A stretch of DNA of 64,000 nt from Octopus sinensis (Eukaryota). Positions 11,148-23,543 of the stretch are shown piece after piece. Position numbers and translations under genes: made by a program. Numbering within the stretch: position 1 is the stretch's first letter; every line of letters starts with the position of its first letter. The notes under the pieces were generated by a model. The model saw nothing but the letters and a program-made list of their open reading frames with translations, ran no database searches and had not been told where the DNA came from. The stretch lies in the NCBI RefSeq assembly GCF_006345805.1, contig NC_043003.1, positions 13,702,001 to 13,766,000 on the forward strand, read 5' to 3'.

Positions 11148-11344
11148 CATGGAATTTTGTCAGTGAACAGGTTGCGGTCTCAAAGCGCCGAAAATATTTT
11201 GACAAATTAAATTTAAATGTTGAAGTGAATCTAACGGTTTTTGTGTTTTTCTTAAATGGCTTATAAACACCTTCCACGCTGCAATTGCTTTCGTTCCAGC
11301 ACACGATCTCAGCTCAGGTCACTTGCTATGCAAGTACATCTCCG
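11146..11344 (+). mobile_element. Penelope-type non-autonomous repeat (family P3)
   Basis: Directly after a 60-nt (TA)n; homologous to the reverse complement of 20893-21082; carries a hammerhead-like fold. Confidence 0.55.
11156..11206 (+). ncRNA. Hammerhead-like motif with G3-C8 core swap
   Basis: TTTGTCA / GTGAACA / G-GTTGC-ggtctcaaa-GCGCC / GAAA-ATATT-T / TGACAAA: 7-bp stem I, U4 G5 A6 A9 G12 A13 A14 A15.1 U16.1 all present, positions 3 and 8 swapped. Confidence 0.55.
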
Positions 11345-11768
11345 TTATATATTTATATATATATATTTATTTATTTATTTATTGATTATATAAAATAGTT
11401 AAAATTCAGTTGTTTGAAAATTGATAAACACCTTTGAATAAATCGATCTATATCTATTATATAAATATATAAACACAGACACACATATGCATAAACATAA
11501 TAAAACAGAGAGAGAGAGAGAGAGAATTTATTTCAATTGATCTGAAATCTTTTTGAGTTAATGCATTGTTCTGTTGTGTCTAAAAAAAATTCTAGAAATG
11601 GCAAGCTTAAGCTATAATTTCCGTGTGGCAGATATTGTTGGTCAAGCCCTCCATCACTTTATAATTTGACAAAATTATAAAATTACAGGTTAAAAAAATA
11701 AAAAAGACCAGAACTTTACAGAAGTCTACTAGTTGTTTGTAAGAGATTTTAATGTTGTTAACGTTTGA

Positions 11769-12509
11769 AGAGGCAGACCCAGGAAAACCTGGGACGAGGT
11801 GGTGAAGCACGACCTTCGAACTTTAGGTCTCACTGAGGAAATGACTAGAGACCGAGACCTCTGGAAGTGTGCTGTGCGCGAGAAGACCCGGCAGGACAAG
11901 TGAGTCCATAACCCGTGGCCTTCTACATGGGATGGAGCCAGCCTACGTATGCATACCTTCCCTTCTTGGGACACAAAACTCTACTTGTGAAGATGTGTTG
12001 AGGCAAGTGAGGATCAGAATCGAAATCGATCAATGGAAATTGCGGATGTGCTACCAGTGCCGGTGGCATGTCAAAACTCTGCTTGTGAAGACCCGTTGAG
12101 GCAAGTGAGGATCAGAATCGAAATCGATCAATGGAAATCGATCAATGGAAATTGCAGATGTGTTACCAGTGCCGGTGGCATGTAAGAGAACTTTCCGTTT
12201 CGCGACCGTTGCCAGCACCGCCCCGTTTCGTGTCCGTTGCCAGCCTCGCCTGGCCCTCGTGCCGGTGGCACATAAAAAGCACCATCCGTTCGTGGCCGTT
12301 TGCCAGCTCTGTCTGGCACCAGTGCGGGTGGCACGTAAAAAGCACCCACTACACTCACGGAGTGGTTGGCGTTAGGAAGGGCATCCAGCCGTAGAAACAC
12401 TGCCAGATTTGACTGGGCCTGATGAAGCCTTCTGGCTTCACAGACCCCAGTAGAACCGTCCAACCCATGCTAGCATGGAAAACGGACGCTAAACGATGAT
12501 GATGATGAT
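11769..12509 (+). mobile_element. Young RTE-clade LINE, 5'-truncated (ORF C-terminus plus long 3' UTR)
   Basis: 11769-11903 reads RGRPRKTWDEVVKHDLRTLGLTEEMTRDRDLWKCAVREKTRQDK* (RTE C-terminal RGRP..W..D.....DR..W pattern); ~600-nt UTR; (GAT)n tail. Confidence 0.85.
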
Positions 12510-12667
12510 ATCCAACATTGCTTTAAGCTCCATGGGCCTTCAGTATTAGATTTTTTTCTTATTTTTTTCTTATCTTTTTCATTCAATGGACAGTGGCTGT
12601 CTTCAATGGTTCTCGTCCAACAGATCAACCCCAGTATTTATTTAAAAGTCTCATACATATTTTATCA

Positions 12668-12808
12668 GGCGCAGGAGTGGCTGTGTAATAAGTAGCTTGC
12701 TTACCAACCACATGGTTCCGGGTTCAGTCCCACTGCGTGGAACCTTGGACCAAAGCCTTGCGAGTGGATTTGGTAAATGGAAACTGAAAGAAGCCCGTTG
12801 TGTATATG

Positions 12809-12839
<31 letters not shown>

Positions 12840-13032
12840 TTGTGTCTCTGTGTTAGCTCCCCCCCCCAACATCGCTTGACAACTGATGTGTTTACGCCCC
12901 CGTAACTTAGCGGTTCAGCAAAAGATTGAATAGGTACTAGGCTTACAAAAATAAGACCTGGGGGCAATTTGCTCGACTAAAGGAGGTACTCCAGCATGGT
13001 CGTAGTCAAATGACTGAAACAAGTAAAAGAGT
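12668..13032 (+). mobile_element. SINE-A, near full length
   Basis: GGCGCAGGAGTGGCTGTG head to GACTGAAACAAGTAAAAGAG tail; a diverged minus-strand copy follows at about 13053-13312. Confidence 0.85.
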
Positions 13033-13608
13033 AGAAGAGAGTAGAGAGCCTATCGCTGAACCACTAAGTTACAGAGACACAAACCAATACCGGTTGTCAA
13101 GTAGAAGACAAAGACACACACATATACATACATACACACACACACATGCACAACAGGCTTCCACATCGCTTCTGCCTACCAAATTCATTCACATTGGCCA
13201 GTCTGGAGCTATAGTAAAAGACGTTTGCCAGAAGGTACACCACACAGTGGGATTGAACCTGAAGCTATGTGGATGCAAAGCGAGTTCCTTAAACCACACG
13301 GCTAAACCTGCATCTGTTCATTTCACATTTCACATAATCTCTTACGTGTTTGATCTGCTGCTGGCATTGTCCAGAATGTGCCTCGACCGAGTTTAACTAA
13401 CAAAGCATCTCCTAACAACACCTAGACTAAAAAACTTTAGGTGGCTGAACCATTTTTTTTTTTTTTTTTTTAATATTTTTGTTTAGAAAAAGGTGTTAGA
13501 ATTACAACTAGCTTCATTAACAATGTCCGTATGAATAACCAACTTATTTATAAAACCAGACATCAATACACTCATCTAACGTTATTTCCATAAAAGCTAT
13601 TGAGTTAC

Positions 13609-13661
13609 CGTTTCTGCATTTAATGAGAGAAAATGCAATAAAGACAATCGTTACAGTTAAC
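13609..13661 (-). CDS. Candidate internal exon (LTVTIVFIAFSLIKCRN)
   Basis: Very long polypyrimidine tract plus CTCAG acceptor, G|GTAACT donor, one open frame; hydrophobic peptide; no homolog recognised. Confidence 0.15.
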
Positions 13662-14131
13662 CTGAGATAATAAAAATATCAAAAATAAAAAAAAAATAAA
13701 AAGTACAACAACAACAACCTATTTTGGAAAATTATATTGGCTATTAGTAAGTTTGGTAGATATTGTCAAGTAATATCAGTTTAAGAATTGGTACCTTGCT
13801 GCAGGAATATATATATAGTAAGGGCTATTATTAAATAGTGAAGTCCATGTATGTATTGATTTTCAAATTTATAATGGGATGTGTGTGTGACACACAGACA
13901 CACACAAACACCCTCTAATGTTTGTTTTATGTATAGTTTATATAAAAGCCGTCAGTCATTAATTGATGGATCACATTTATTTTAACAAGGCAAAGTCTTG
14001 AGAGAGACTTCGAAGTTTTGGTTTAATAGCTTTCATCATAGAATGCACATGCATACACATACAAGAGTCTATGTGTTTATCAGTGTAAAAGCTCATCTAT
14101 TTCGGCTTTATTCAAAGAAGCAGGAAGTCAG

Positions 14132-14330
14132 GAAAACATTATCATGGAAGGAAGTGTAGAGAGCAGTAGATCAAGAGGCAGACAAAGAAGGCAAATGGAT
14201 GGACAATATGATGAGCTGGCTGGACAAGAATGGCGAAGCAGCAAGAGAGAACTCATGCTAAACTGGAAAGACATTTGTTGCAGCGTCATTGATGCACTGC
14301 AAGTTGTACAATACATGACAACAATACTGG
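14132..14330 (+). mobile_element. Old RTE-clade LINE 3' coding relic
   Basis: ENIIMEGSVESSRSRGRQRRQ then, after a frameshift, WMDNMMSWL: the RTE EG...G.R.RGR.R..W.D motif. Confidence 0.65.
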
Positions 14331-14580
14331 TTTTAGAAAAGGTGTACCTTGTCCTAGCGTGCCATGAGAGGCAATTAAAAGGGTTGGTGACAGAGAGGGC
14401 AACCTGTGCAAACATTGAACAACAGATATAAAACAAGGATGATCTATCTATCCATCTATCTATATATGCAAGGTGACCATAAATTACCTTTACAATTTGA
14501 AAAACTAAATTAAAAAAAAGAGAGAAAAACAAGAACTTAGAGTTTATTGGAAAACACAGGCAAATGAATTAAAACTTTAA

Positions 14581-14775
14581 CCCTTTTGTTACCATATTTC
14601 TGTTGAGATGCTCTGTGTTTCTTTCAATTACTTTAAATATAACAAAGAATTTAGTAAAATAACTTAGTTATCATTAAGCTAGTGTTAGGAACACAAATTG
14701 TGACTAAGGTTTTGGTGGAAGATTTTAATTCAAAACTTATGAAAACAAGACACAGCCGGGTTGGTAGCAAAAGGG
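14581..14775. mobile_element. TTAA-flanked MITE family F (piggyBac-like)
   Basis: TTAA at both ends; TIR CCCTTTTGTTACCA / TGGTAGCAAAAGGG. Confidence 0.75.
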
Positions 14776-14797
14776 TTAATAAGGTTTAGTTAACATT

Positions 14798-15014
14798 AAG
14801 GCAGTCAGCTGGCAGAATTGTTAGCAGACTTGGCCAAATGCTTAGTGGCATTTTGTCCATCTTAAATGTTCAGAGTTCAAATTCCGCCGAGGTTGATTTT
14901 TGCCTTTAAACCTTTTGAGATGAATAAAATAGTGCCGGTTGAGCACAGGGGTTAGATGTAATTTCACTTATCACCTCCCTGAAACTGTGGGCTTTGTGCC
15001 AAAATTTGAAACCA
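14798..15014 (+). mobile_element. SINE-B, full length
   Basis: AAGGCAGTCAGCTGGCAGAA head to TTGTGCCAAAATTTGAAACC tail. Confidence 0.8.
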
Positions 15015-15198
15015 ATAATATTTATTTAATATGCAAAGAAGATGATTGAGTGATTGGCTCTCTCAACTTTAATAGAAACAATAAATTATGGAAGTCATAA
15101 AGATAATTTATGAACACCCTTATATACTTAGAAAGAGAGAGAGAGAGGCAGGGAGATGAAATTTCTGAATCATCCTTAATATAACCCACAGTTTAAAG

Positions 15199-15466
15199 CA
15201 GGGCTGTGGAGTCAGAGTCGGAGTCAAAAACAATTAAGGGGGAGCTGGAGTCAGAGTCAATAAAACTATACCGACTCTAACTCACAATGTTTTTATTCTT
15301 TAATATAAACCAGTTATAACATATAGGCCTACTCAAAGTACAAGCGTATGCATATGCTTTACGAGATATGTAGACCAGAGTCACTTAATTACATTAAAGA
15401 GGAGTCGGAGGTGCCAATAGTAGAGGAGTTGGAGTTGATGTTTTCTGATTTGACTCCACAACCCTG
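15199..15466. mobile_element. hAT-superfamily MITE
   Basis: Perfect 8-bp TSD GTTTAAAG (15191-15198, 15467-15474); 16-bp TIR CAGGGCTGTGGAGTCA with one mismatch; subterminal GGAGTC repeats. Confidence 0.85.
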
Positions 15467-16187
15467 GTTTAAAGACATGTCTTTGTCTCATGAGCTTCAC
15501 TAAAGGCTGAATGACATTTTATGTGGATACAGCTAGTTACACAACACTTGCTAAGAATGGTTTGAGTTCAACGTGACATCACCAGAAGCATGAATTTATC
15601 AGTTTGTTAGAAAGAAGCAAATAATAAATCTAGTCAATGAACACAAATGCGCTATATACTTCAGGCAGGATTTGAACTCACATCCTTGTAGATTCAACGA
15701 TGTATATTTATTTACAAGGTTTGATGCAATCTCTTGGCACAAACCAGACCAATCTGCAAATATAGAACTGGTTGTTTCAGGTTTTTTGTTTGCTATCCAA
15801 GCTGTTACGTTTACAAGCCAGTGCACTTTCTCATGTCATGCATTTCCTTATAGAAGAGCTACGTAGGTATGGAATTTATTTTCCAATCTTAACCCAGAAC
15901 AAAACAATCAAGGATAAAATATTGGCCTAAGGATACAATATATTCTGCTTAAGTAAGGAAAGGATTTGGATCTATATGACTCATCAGTCACAAATCCAAT
16001 ACCTTAATTAACTTTGCTGAACCACTTTCAAAACCCGTGTGTACGTGTGTCCTCAACTAGCTGCACAATAACAATATACAACTCCAATGTTGAAAGAAAA
16101 ACATAAACAATCTCTGCTTGAAACCATAGAATATCTTACAAGCATACAACCAATAACATACGAGTTTTCCTTATAAAAGTTCTCTAA

Positions 16188-16420
16188 CCCCTTAGCGTTC
16201 AGATTCCACTCTGTCAAATGTAGTGCTTATTTATTCATATTGTTTTGAATTAAGCATGCACTGCCTCACAGCTTGGAGATTTCGACAACGTGAATGCACG
16301 AATGTTTATTTTTTTAGAATGACATTGTAGGGTAGGTGTGAGAGGACAGATCTGGTCAGACTGAAGGTAAAAACAGATTAATTACTTAGGCTGGATATGG
16401 CTGGTTTAAATGCTAAAGAG
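16188..16420. mobile_element. TTAA-type MITE family E, diverged
   Basis: CCCCTTAGCGTT..AATGCTAAAGAG ends; homologous to 33168-33388. Confidence 0.7.
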
Positions 16421-16445
16421 TTGAATGAAGAGAATTGCAAAACTA

Positions 16446-16803
16446 GGCTGTGTGGTAAGTAGCTTGCTTACCAACCACATGGTTCTGGGTTCAGTCCCAC
16501 TGCGTGACACCTTGGGCGAGCATCTTCTACTATAGCCTCGGGCTGACCAAAGCCTTGTGAGTGGATTTGGTAGAGGGAAACTGAAAGAAGCCCGTCGTAT
16601 ATATGTGTCTGTGTTTGTCCCCCCCAACATCACTTGACAACCGATGCTGGTGTGTTTACGTCCCTGTAACTTATCTGTTTGGCAAAAGAGGCCGACAGAA
16701 TAAGTACTAGGCTTACAAAGAACAAGTCCTAGGGTCAGTTTGCTCTACTAAAGGCGGTGTTCCAGCATGGCCACAGTCAAATGACTGAAACAAGTATAAG
16801 AGA
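16446..16803 (+). mobile_element. SINE-A
   Basis: Head, core and tail as in family A; an older copy follows at about 16905-17225. Confidence 0.85.
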
Positions 16804-18673
16804 GTTTGCAATATAACATGTCTTCATCTACATGTGACAGTCTTACCGAAAGCTGTATATACTGTGGGAGGGACAGAACAGAGGAGAGATGCTGCATATT
16901 GTGGTAAAAGAATCTTGGTTTTAGGTTCAATACTACTGTGCAACACCTTGGGCAAAGGTCTTTTCGAATAAGTCTCAGGCTGATCAATGCTTTTTGAGTG
17001 AATTTGATAGTTAGAAACTGAGGAAGTCTGTTGTGTGTGTGTGTTTGTCTGTCTGTCCCACCACTGGACAACTGGTGTTTGCCTGTTTATGCCCCTGCAG
17101 CTTAGCGGTTTGGCAAGAGACTAATAAAATTAAGTGCTAAATTTAAGAAACAAAAAAATTGTACAAAAACTCTTCAAGGTGGTGTCTCAGCATGGCTGCA
17201 GTCCAATGATTGAAACAAGTAAGACAACAAGAAAATATAAACCAAAGAACAGTTTGTGACAGCCATTAGCTTCAAAAATACAATTTTGTCAACTTTCACA
17301 AAACTTTCCTTTATCAACTGTGGGCCCTAACCCTTCAGTGGGTTGCAAGATAAATAAAATTGGTCACAACAAAAAACAAAAGGAAAGAGAAGAAAAAAAA
17401 TCCTTTGGGTGCAAAATATAAACCAGCGTTTTTCAAACTGTGGGTCTCGACCATTCAGTGGGTTGGGAGATAAATAAATCAGGTTGTGACAAAAAAGTTA
17501 GAAAAACGCAAAACTAGTTGACCAAAGTAAACTTAGTTTTTAATCAATTCCCCCCCCCACCACCACCACTTCTTCCCCCACCCTACCAATTCCTGAACTA
17601 ATCATATGGAATCGTTACCAATGGGTTAAGTAACAGAGGAACAAGCAGAATTATTATAAGATGCTAAAGGGTTAAGCAGGTCTGGACCAATGAAGCAAGC
17701 TTTTATCTGGTCAAGTGATTCGCAAGAAACAGCAGCTTAATCTTTCTCGAACCAGACACTGGATAACAACTTGAATTGGAGTGTATAAAGTAAATGTAGC
17801 AAATTTAAGTATTTGCAAGAATTTGTTGGAGCAATTTAAAAAAAAAAAAAAAAACGAACTATTTTTTTTTTCATATTACATATTTGCTTACTACCCCACA
17901 CAAAACTGAAAATACCAGACACTACTGTAAGCTGAGAGGAATATCAATTGTTATTTTGTTTTTGTATTATTTGTTTTTTTTTCCCCCTGTTGTTTTTCTT
18001 TCTTCCTAGTTTGGTTGCAGAATAACATGTCTGCTGGTTGGAAGTACTAAAATAGTAGTTAGTAGCAGTGTTGCTGCTAGAATAAAGACGGATTTAAGGG
18101 CCAACAGACCAGCATTTCAATTACTGTGCATGTACAATGAAACTTGAACCATACTTGTCTAGTGTTCGCAATGCTTAGATACTATGATACACTTACTGCT
18201 AAGACCGTGTGTGCGCGCGCTTGTGTGTGTGTGTGTGTGTGTTTCCTCTTATGCCCCACCCACCCCTGTCTCACCTCATTCTACCCATTCTTTCCTTCTT
18301 ACCACTGTACTTTGACGACAAAGGTTAATTAATTATAAGTGTTTGCATTACTCAAATGTCCCTTCGAAAAAATAAAAAACAAACAAAAAAAAAGCAACTA
18401 TAAAATTCTTAGGATCAAATTTTATTATTATTATTATTATATTATTATTATTATTATTGGGTGAAATACTTAGCGATATTTCATTTTGCCACTATATTCT
18501 GAGTTCAAATTTCACTGAGGTCAATGTTGCCTTTCAGTGGGGTGTCAATGAATTAAGTACCAGACACTGGGGTCGATGTAATCAACTAGTCCCCCCCCCC
18601 TAAAATTTGCTGCCTTTCTGGCATTATTATTATTATAGGTATAATTACTGAACATGGCCAACTAAATTATGCA

Positions 18674-19041
18674 GGCGCAGGAGTGGCTGTGTGGTAAGTA
18701 ACTTGCTAACCAACCACATGATTCCGGGTTCAGTCCCACTGCGTGGCACCTTGGGCAAGTGTCTTCTACTATAGCCTCGGGCCAACCAAAAGCCTTGTGA
18801 GTGGATTTGGCAGATGGAAACTGAAAGAAGCCCGTTGTATATATGTATATAAATGCGTTTGTGTATGTTTGTGTGTCTGTGTTTGTCACCCTAGCATTGC
18901 TTGACAACCGATGCTGGTGTGTTTATGTCCCCGTCACTTAGCAAAAGACACCAATAGAATAAGTCCTAGGGGTCAATTTGCTCAACTACAGGTGGTGCTC
19001 CAGCATGGTCACAGTCAAATGACTGAAACAAGTAAAAGAGT
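18674..19041 (+). mobile_element. SINE-A
   Basis: GGCGCAGGAGTGGCTGTGTGGTAAG to AAGTAAAAGAG. Confidence 0.85.
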
Positions 19042-19074
19042 AAAAAGTATGTATGTATGTATGTATATATATAT

Positions 19075-19109
<35 letters not shown>

Positions 19110-19117
<8 letters not shown>

Positions 19118-19466
19118 TACTATGGCACTCTGTCAGTTACAACAAGGGTTGCAGTTAATCCAATCAATGGAACAGCCTGCTCATGAAATTAACGTGCAAG
19201 TGGCTGAGCACTCCACAGACACGTGTACCCATAACATAGTTCTCAGGGATATTCAGCATGACACAGAGTGTGACAAGGCTGGCCCTTTGAAATACAAGTA
19301 CAACAGAAACAGGAAAAAAGAGTGAGAGAAAGTTGTGGTGAAAGAGTACAGCAGGGTTCGCCGCCAGAGCCTCGTGGAGCTTTAGGTGTTTTCACTCAAT
19401 AAACACTCACAATGCAGGAACTGAAACAGTGAGTCTGCTGCCCTAACCACTGGGCCATTGTGCCTA
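19110..19466 (-). mobile_element. SINE-C-type head joined to alternative 3' module H
   Basis: Minus-strand tRNA-like head at about 19420-19466; module GAAATTAACGTGCAAGTGGCTGAG..GACAAGGCTGGCCC also at 32750-32915 and 37990-38170. Confidence 0.7.
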
Positions 19467-19519
19467 CACACACACACACATATATATATAGTATGGCCAT
19501 ATAATGTGTAAGAATGAAG

Positions 19520-19905
19520 AGGGGATGAGTTGATTAAATTGATACCAGTGTTCAACTGGTACTCATTTTATTGATCCCTTAAGGATGAAAGGCAAAGTAA
19601 ACCTCGGCAGAATTTGAACTTAGAACGTAAAGAGGGACAAAATACTGCTAAGTATTTCACCTGCTCGCTGCCTTAATAATAATAAGAATAATTATTATTT
19701 CAAATTTTTTCCACAAGGGCAGCTTGGGGGAGGTGGGGATGGATTGATTACATTGACCCCTGTTCAACTGGTACTTATTTTATCGATCCCAAAAGAATGA
19801 AAGGCAAAGTCAACCTCGGTGAAATTTGAACTCAAAACATAGTAATGGGTGAAATACCACTAAGCATTTCGTCCAGCGTGCTAACCATTCTGCCAGCATG
19901 CCACC
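19520..19905 (-). mobile_element. Two tandem SINE-B copies
   Basis: Two GAAAGGCAAAGT..GAATTTGAACT..blocks separated by and ending in (AAT)n. Confidence 0.75.
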
Positions 19906-19907
19906 AC

Positions 19908-19954
<47 letters not shown>

Positions 19955-20892
19955 TAATAATAATAATCTGTTGTGTCTGGGGATAAAAAGAAAATGACTC
20001 TCCCCAGACAACAGAATATGCTTCAACACGCTAACTCACATAAAGAATCTTGCAAACTAAATCCAAAACCCAAAAATAATGATAATAATAATAATAAATG
20101 CATGTATAGATATATATGTTGGTGAAACAAAGGAAATATTTATAACAGTAAATATTTACAGAATCGGCAGCATGTACCTTATGGTGAGAAGGAAATGATT
20201 CATTTTTCAATGCAATCAACTAATCTATAGGAAAGATCCGGAAAGAAAGAAGGAAAAAAAAGCACCACCAAATTGCAGATAGATTTTTTTTTTTAAACTT
20301 TTTTTTTTTACAGCCACTTAACAGAAAAGCTGTTACTGGTTATACAGACCAAGACCAATAATATAATAAAACTTTGCATCTGAAATGAGGATATTTTTAG
20401 TAGACTATAACAAACAGAAGAAGTTTGTTTGTAATTTGAGAGAAAATTGAAAGAATCACCAAGAGAATGACATTAAGCAGTAAATTACCAAAGTCAATAT
20501 TCTTAGTATGAGACAAACGCTAACAAAGAACATTTCTACACACACACAGAGTCACAGACAGAATTTAAATTTCAAAAGGATATTTTTATATGCACAAGCA
20601 GTGAGTGTGTAATATAGTGGTAGTTTATTAATGTATGTGTTGAAAAATTGTAAGAGGTTTAATACCTCAATGCAGATGTTTAAATATCGAAAAATGTAAG
20701 AGGTTTAATACTCCAATGTATGTTTGTGAAAGAACAATGTTACAGAGAAGCCGAGGGTCGGCAGGTGCTTTCTGTCTTCTCCCATCCTTATCATTCTCAT
20801 ATCATTATCATTCATTTCCTTAATGTCTTGTCCTGCCTGCAAAGCTACCTAATCTTTGGACTGTCTTTATGACAAATTTAATAAAAGAATTA

Positions 20893-21127
20893 CGGAGATG
20901 TACTTGCATAGCGAGTGACTTGATCTGAGATCGTGTGCTGGAACGAAAACAATTGCAGCGTGGAAGGTGTTTATAAGCCATTTAAGAAACACACAAAACC
21001 GTTAGATTCACTTCAACATTTAAATTTAATTTGCCAAAATATTTTTGTCGCTTTGAGACCGTGACCTGTTCACTGACAAAACTGCGTGTGTTTCTTAAAT
21101 GGCTTATAAACACCTTCCATGCTGCAA
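20893..21127 (-). mobile_element. Family P3 repeat, second copy, with a 42-bp inverted partial arm
   Basis: 20893-21082 is the reverse-complement homolog of 11146-11344; 21086-21127 is an inverted copy of 20953-20994 with one mismatch. Confidence 0.6.
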
Positions 21128-21608
21128 ATGTTAATAAAAGAAGTAGTTTATTAATCTTCATCAAATGAAGTCTGAAGACTAGTTTCGATTGGAAACCATG
21201 AAATTTACTGAAATCTTCTCGTAAAGTTACTGGAAATTTGAACACTGGAACTTTGTAAAATTCTGAGTGCTTGTCCCCAAATTGTGCTAGCTTGCTTATT
21301 ACCTTGGCATGCACACACACACACACACACACTATAGACAATAACAATTGAGGAATATGTAGGTGCTTTTTCCATACCGGTGCCATGTAAAGGCAGCCAA
21401 TACACTCTGTAAAGTGATAGGCGTTAGGCAAAGCATCCAGCTGTAGAAGCTACATCAAAATGGAAGACTGGAGTAGCCCACCAGTTTGCCAGCATGGAAA
21501 ATGGACATTAAAAGATGATGAACTTAAATGAAGTCACAAAGCTTTGAAAGCTTTCACTCATAACATCACTACAATTAAACCACAATGATTTTTCTCACTT
21601 CTAGGTTA

Positions 21609-22111
21609 CCGTAAATCCTCGAATATAATCCACATTTTTTTCCCAAAATTTGAAGGTCAAAATCCCTAGTGTGTACTATATACGAGGTTAAAAATGAAAA
21701 ATATTTTCTAAGCAATGTCCGAGACTCTATTTGCTGTCCAGCAATGTTTATTCAGACGCATTTTGTGATGTCGGACGCGAAAATATCTTAAGCTAAGCCT
21801 GAAAGCAATGAAGTCATAAAAGGATCATCCATAACTTGCAGTAACCAGCATTTATTAAAATAAAAGTATTCAGAACACAGAATAACACTTAACAAAAACA
21901 ATTTGCAAACATATTTACATTCCCATATAACAGTTAAGAACATCACCATTATTGTATTACGCATGCACAGAAGTGTTTGTTCGACTAGGTGCTGCTGGCT
22001 TAATTACGCACGACAAGTTACGGAAGGGGTGCGTATTATACACAAGGTTTAGGTTTTTCAGAGGTACAGCCCCCTAAAATTCCCCTGCGTATTATACTCG
22101 AGGATTTACGG
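21609..22111. mobile_element. Tc1/mariner-superfamily (pogo/Tigger-like) MITE
   Basis: TA at both ends; 21-bp TIR CCGTAAATCCTCGA(A/G)TATAAT with one mismatch. Confidence 0.8.
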
Positions 22112-22868
22112 TATGTATATGACTGACCTCTTTCAAAACCAGAGATTTATAGAACTGAAAATCTGAACTAGGTTACTTTAGAAAAGGTGTCTGGTTTTGT
22201 TTTATCCTGCAGTCCATAAGAAGAAGATTAGATCAATTTATTTCCTTCTGTGAAGTAATTATTGTACCGAAGTGAGTGAAAACTCAGTAATATTCCTAAA
22301 TAAGCATATTTTAACTAACATATATAGATGGCTGTATGGTTTAGACGCTTGCTTCCAAATGACAGAGTTTGGGGTTCAGTCCCACAGTGTCCTATGTTCT
22401 AATGTCCTTGGCAACTGTCTTCTACTATAGCCTGGAGCCAATCAGACAGGTGAGTGGATTTGGTAGATGGAAACTAAAAGAAGCCTATCACCATCATGCA
22501 CAAACACAAACAAGCTTCTTTCAGGTCCCATCTACCAGATCCACTCAAGAAGCTTTGGTTAGCTCAAGGGCTACAGTAGAAGTCACTTGCCCAAGGTGAC
22601 ATGAAGTGGGACTGAACCTGAAACCATTTGGTTTGGAAGCAAACTTCTTAACTATACAGCCATGTATGTTAAATACAATATGTTTATTGGTGGGGATATT
22701 AGTGAGTTTTCACTCACTTTCATATGATAATTATTTGACAGGATGTAGTAAATTCATCTAATTTTCTTTCTTATTTACAGACTGCAAGATAAAACACAAC
22801 CAGATACCTTTTAGAAGTAACCTAGTTCAGATTATATATATGAATATAAATATATACATATATATATA

Positions 22869-23284
22869 GGCGCAGGAGTGGCTGTGTGGTAAGTAGCTTG
22901 CTAACCAACCACATGGTTCTGGGTTCAGTCCCACTGCGTGGCATCTTGGGCAAGTGTCTTCTGCTATAGCCCTGGGCCGACCAATGCCTTGTGAGTGGAT
23001 TTGGTAGACGGAAACTGAAAGAAGCCTGTCGTATATATGTATATATATATGTGTGTGTTTGTGTGTCTGTGTTTGTTCCGCTACCATTGCTTGACAACCA
23101 ATGCTGGTGTGTGTACGTCCCCGTCACTTAGCGGTTCGGCAAAAAGAGACCGATAGAATAAGTACTGGGCTTACAAAAAGAATAAGTCCCGGGGTCGAGT
23201 TGCTCGACTAAAGGCGGTGCTGGTGCTCCAGCATGGCCGCAGTCAAATGACTGAAACAAGTAAAAGAGTAAAAGAGTAAAGAGT
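22869..23284 (+). mobile_element. SINE-A, full length, little diverged
   Basis: Complete head, core and body; tail (GTAAAAGA)x3. Confidence 0.9.
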
Positions 23285-23299
23285 ATATAAATGTGTGTG

Positions 23300-23543
23300 T
23301 GTGTATGTGTTTCTCCTTGTCTTGACATCATGTGATAGCTGTAAATGAGTGTCCCTGTCATACAAGCAGTGACATTCATTTCCAACAGTCTGCGAGAACA
23401 TGCTTGGCCATGGGGAGAAATATTACCTTGCTTAAAAAGATATGAGGGTAGGTGACGGGAAGGGCATCCAGCTATAGAAAAATCTGCCTCAATAAACTCC
23501 ATCTGACTCATGCAAGCATGGAAAAATAGATGATGATGATGAT
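23300..23543 (+). mobile_element. RTE-tail repeat (family G)
   Basis: CTTGACATCA..ATATTACCTTGCTT..GGAAGGGCATCCAGC..CATGCAAGCATGGAAAA..(GAT)n; copies also at about 5090-5240, 27905-28140, 36625-36880 and 48738-48950 (minus). Confidence 0.7.

Noticed and set aside
15599-15866. Overlapping ORFs on both strands
   Set aside because: The minus frame lacks a usable acceptor, the plus frame starts in a SINE B-box-like motif, and no domain is recognised.
20643-20719. ~30-nt direct repeat with ~47-nt period
   Set aside because: Simple two-copy local duplication with no further structure.
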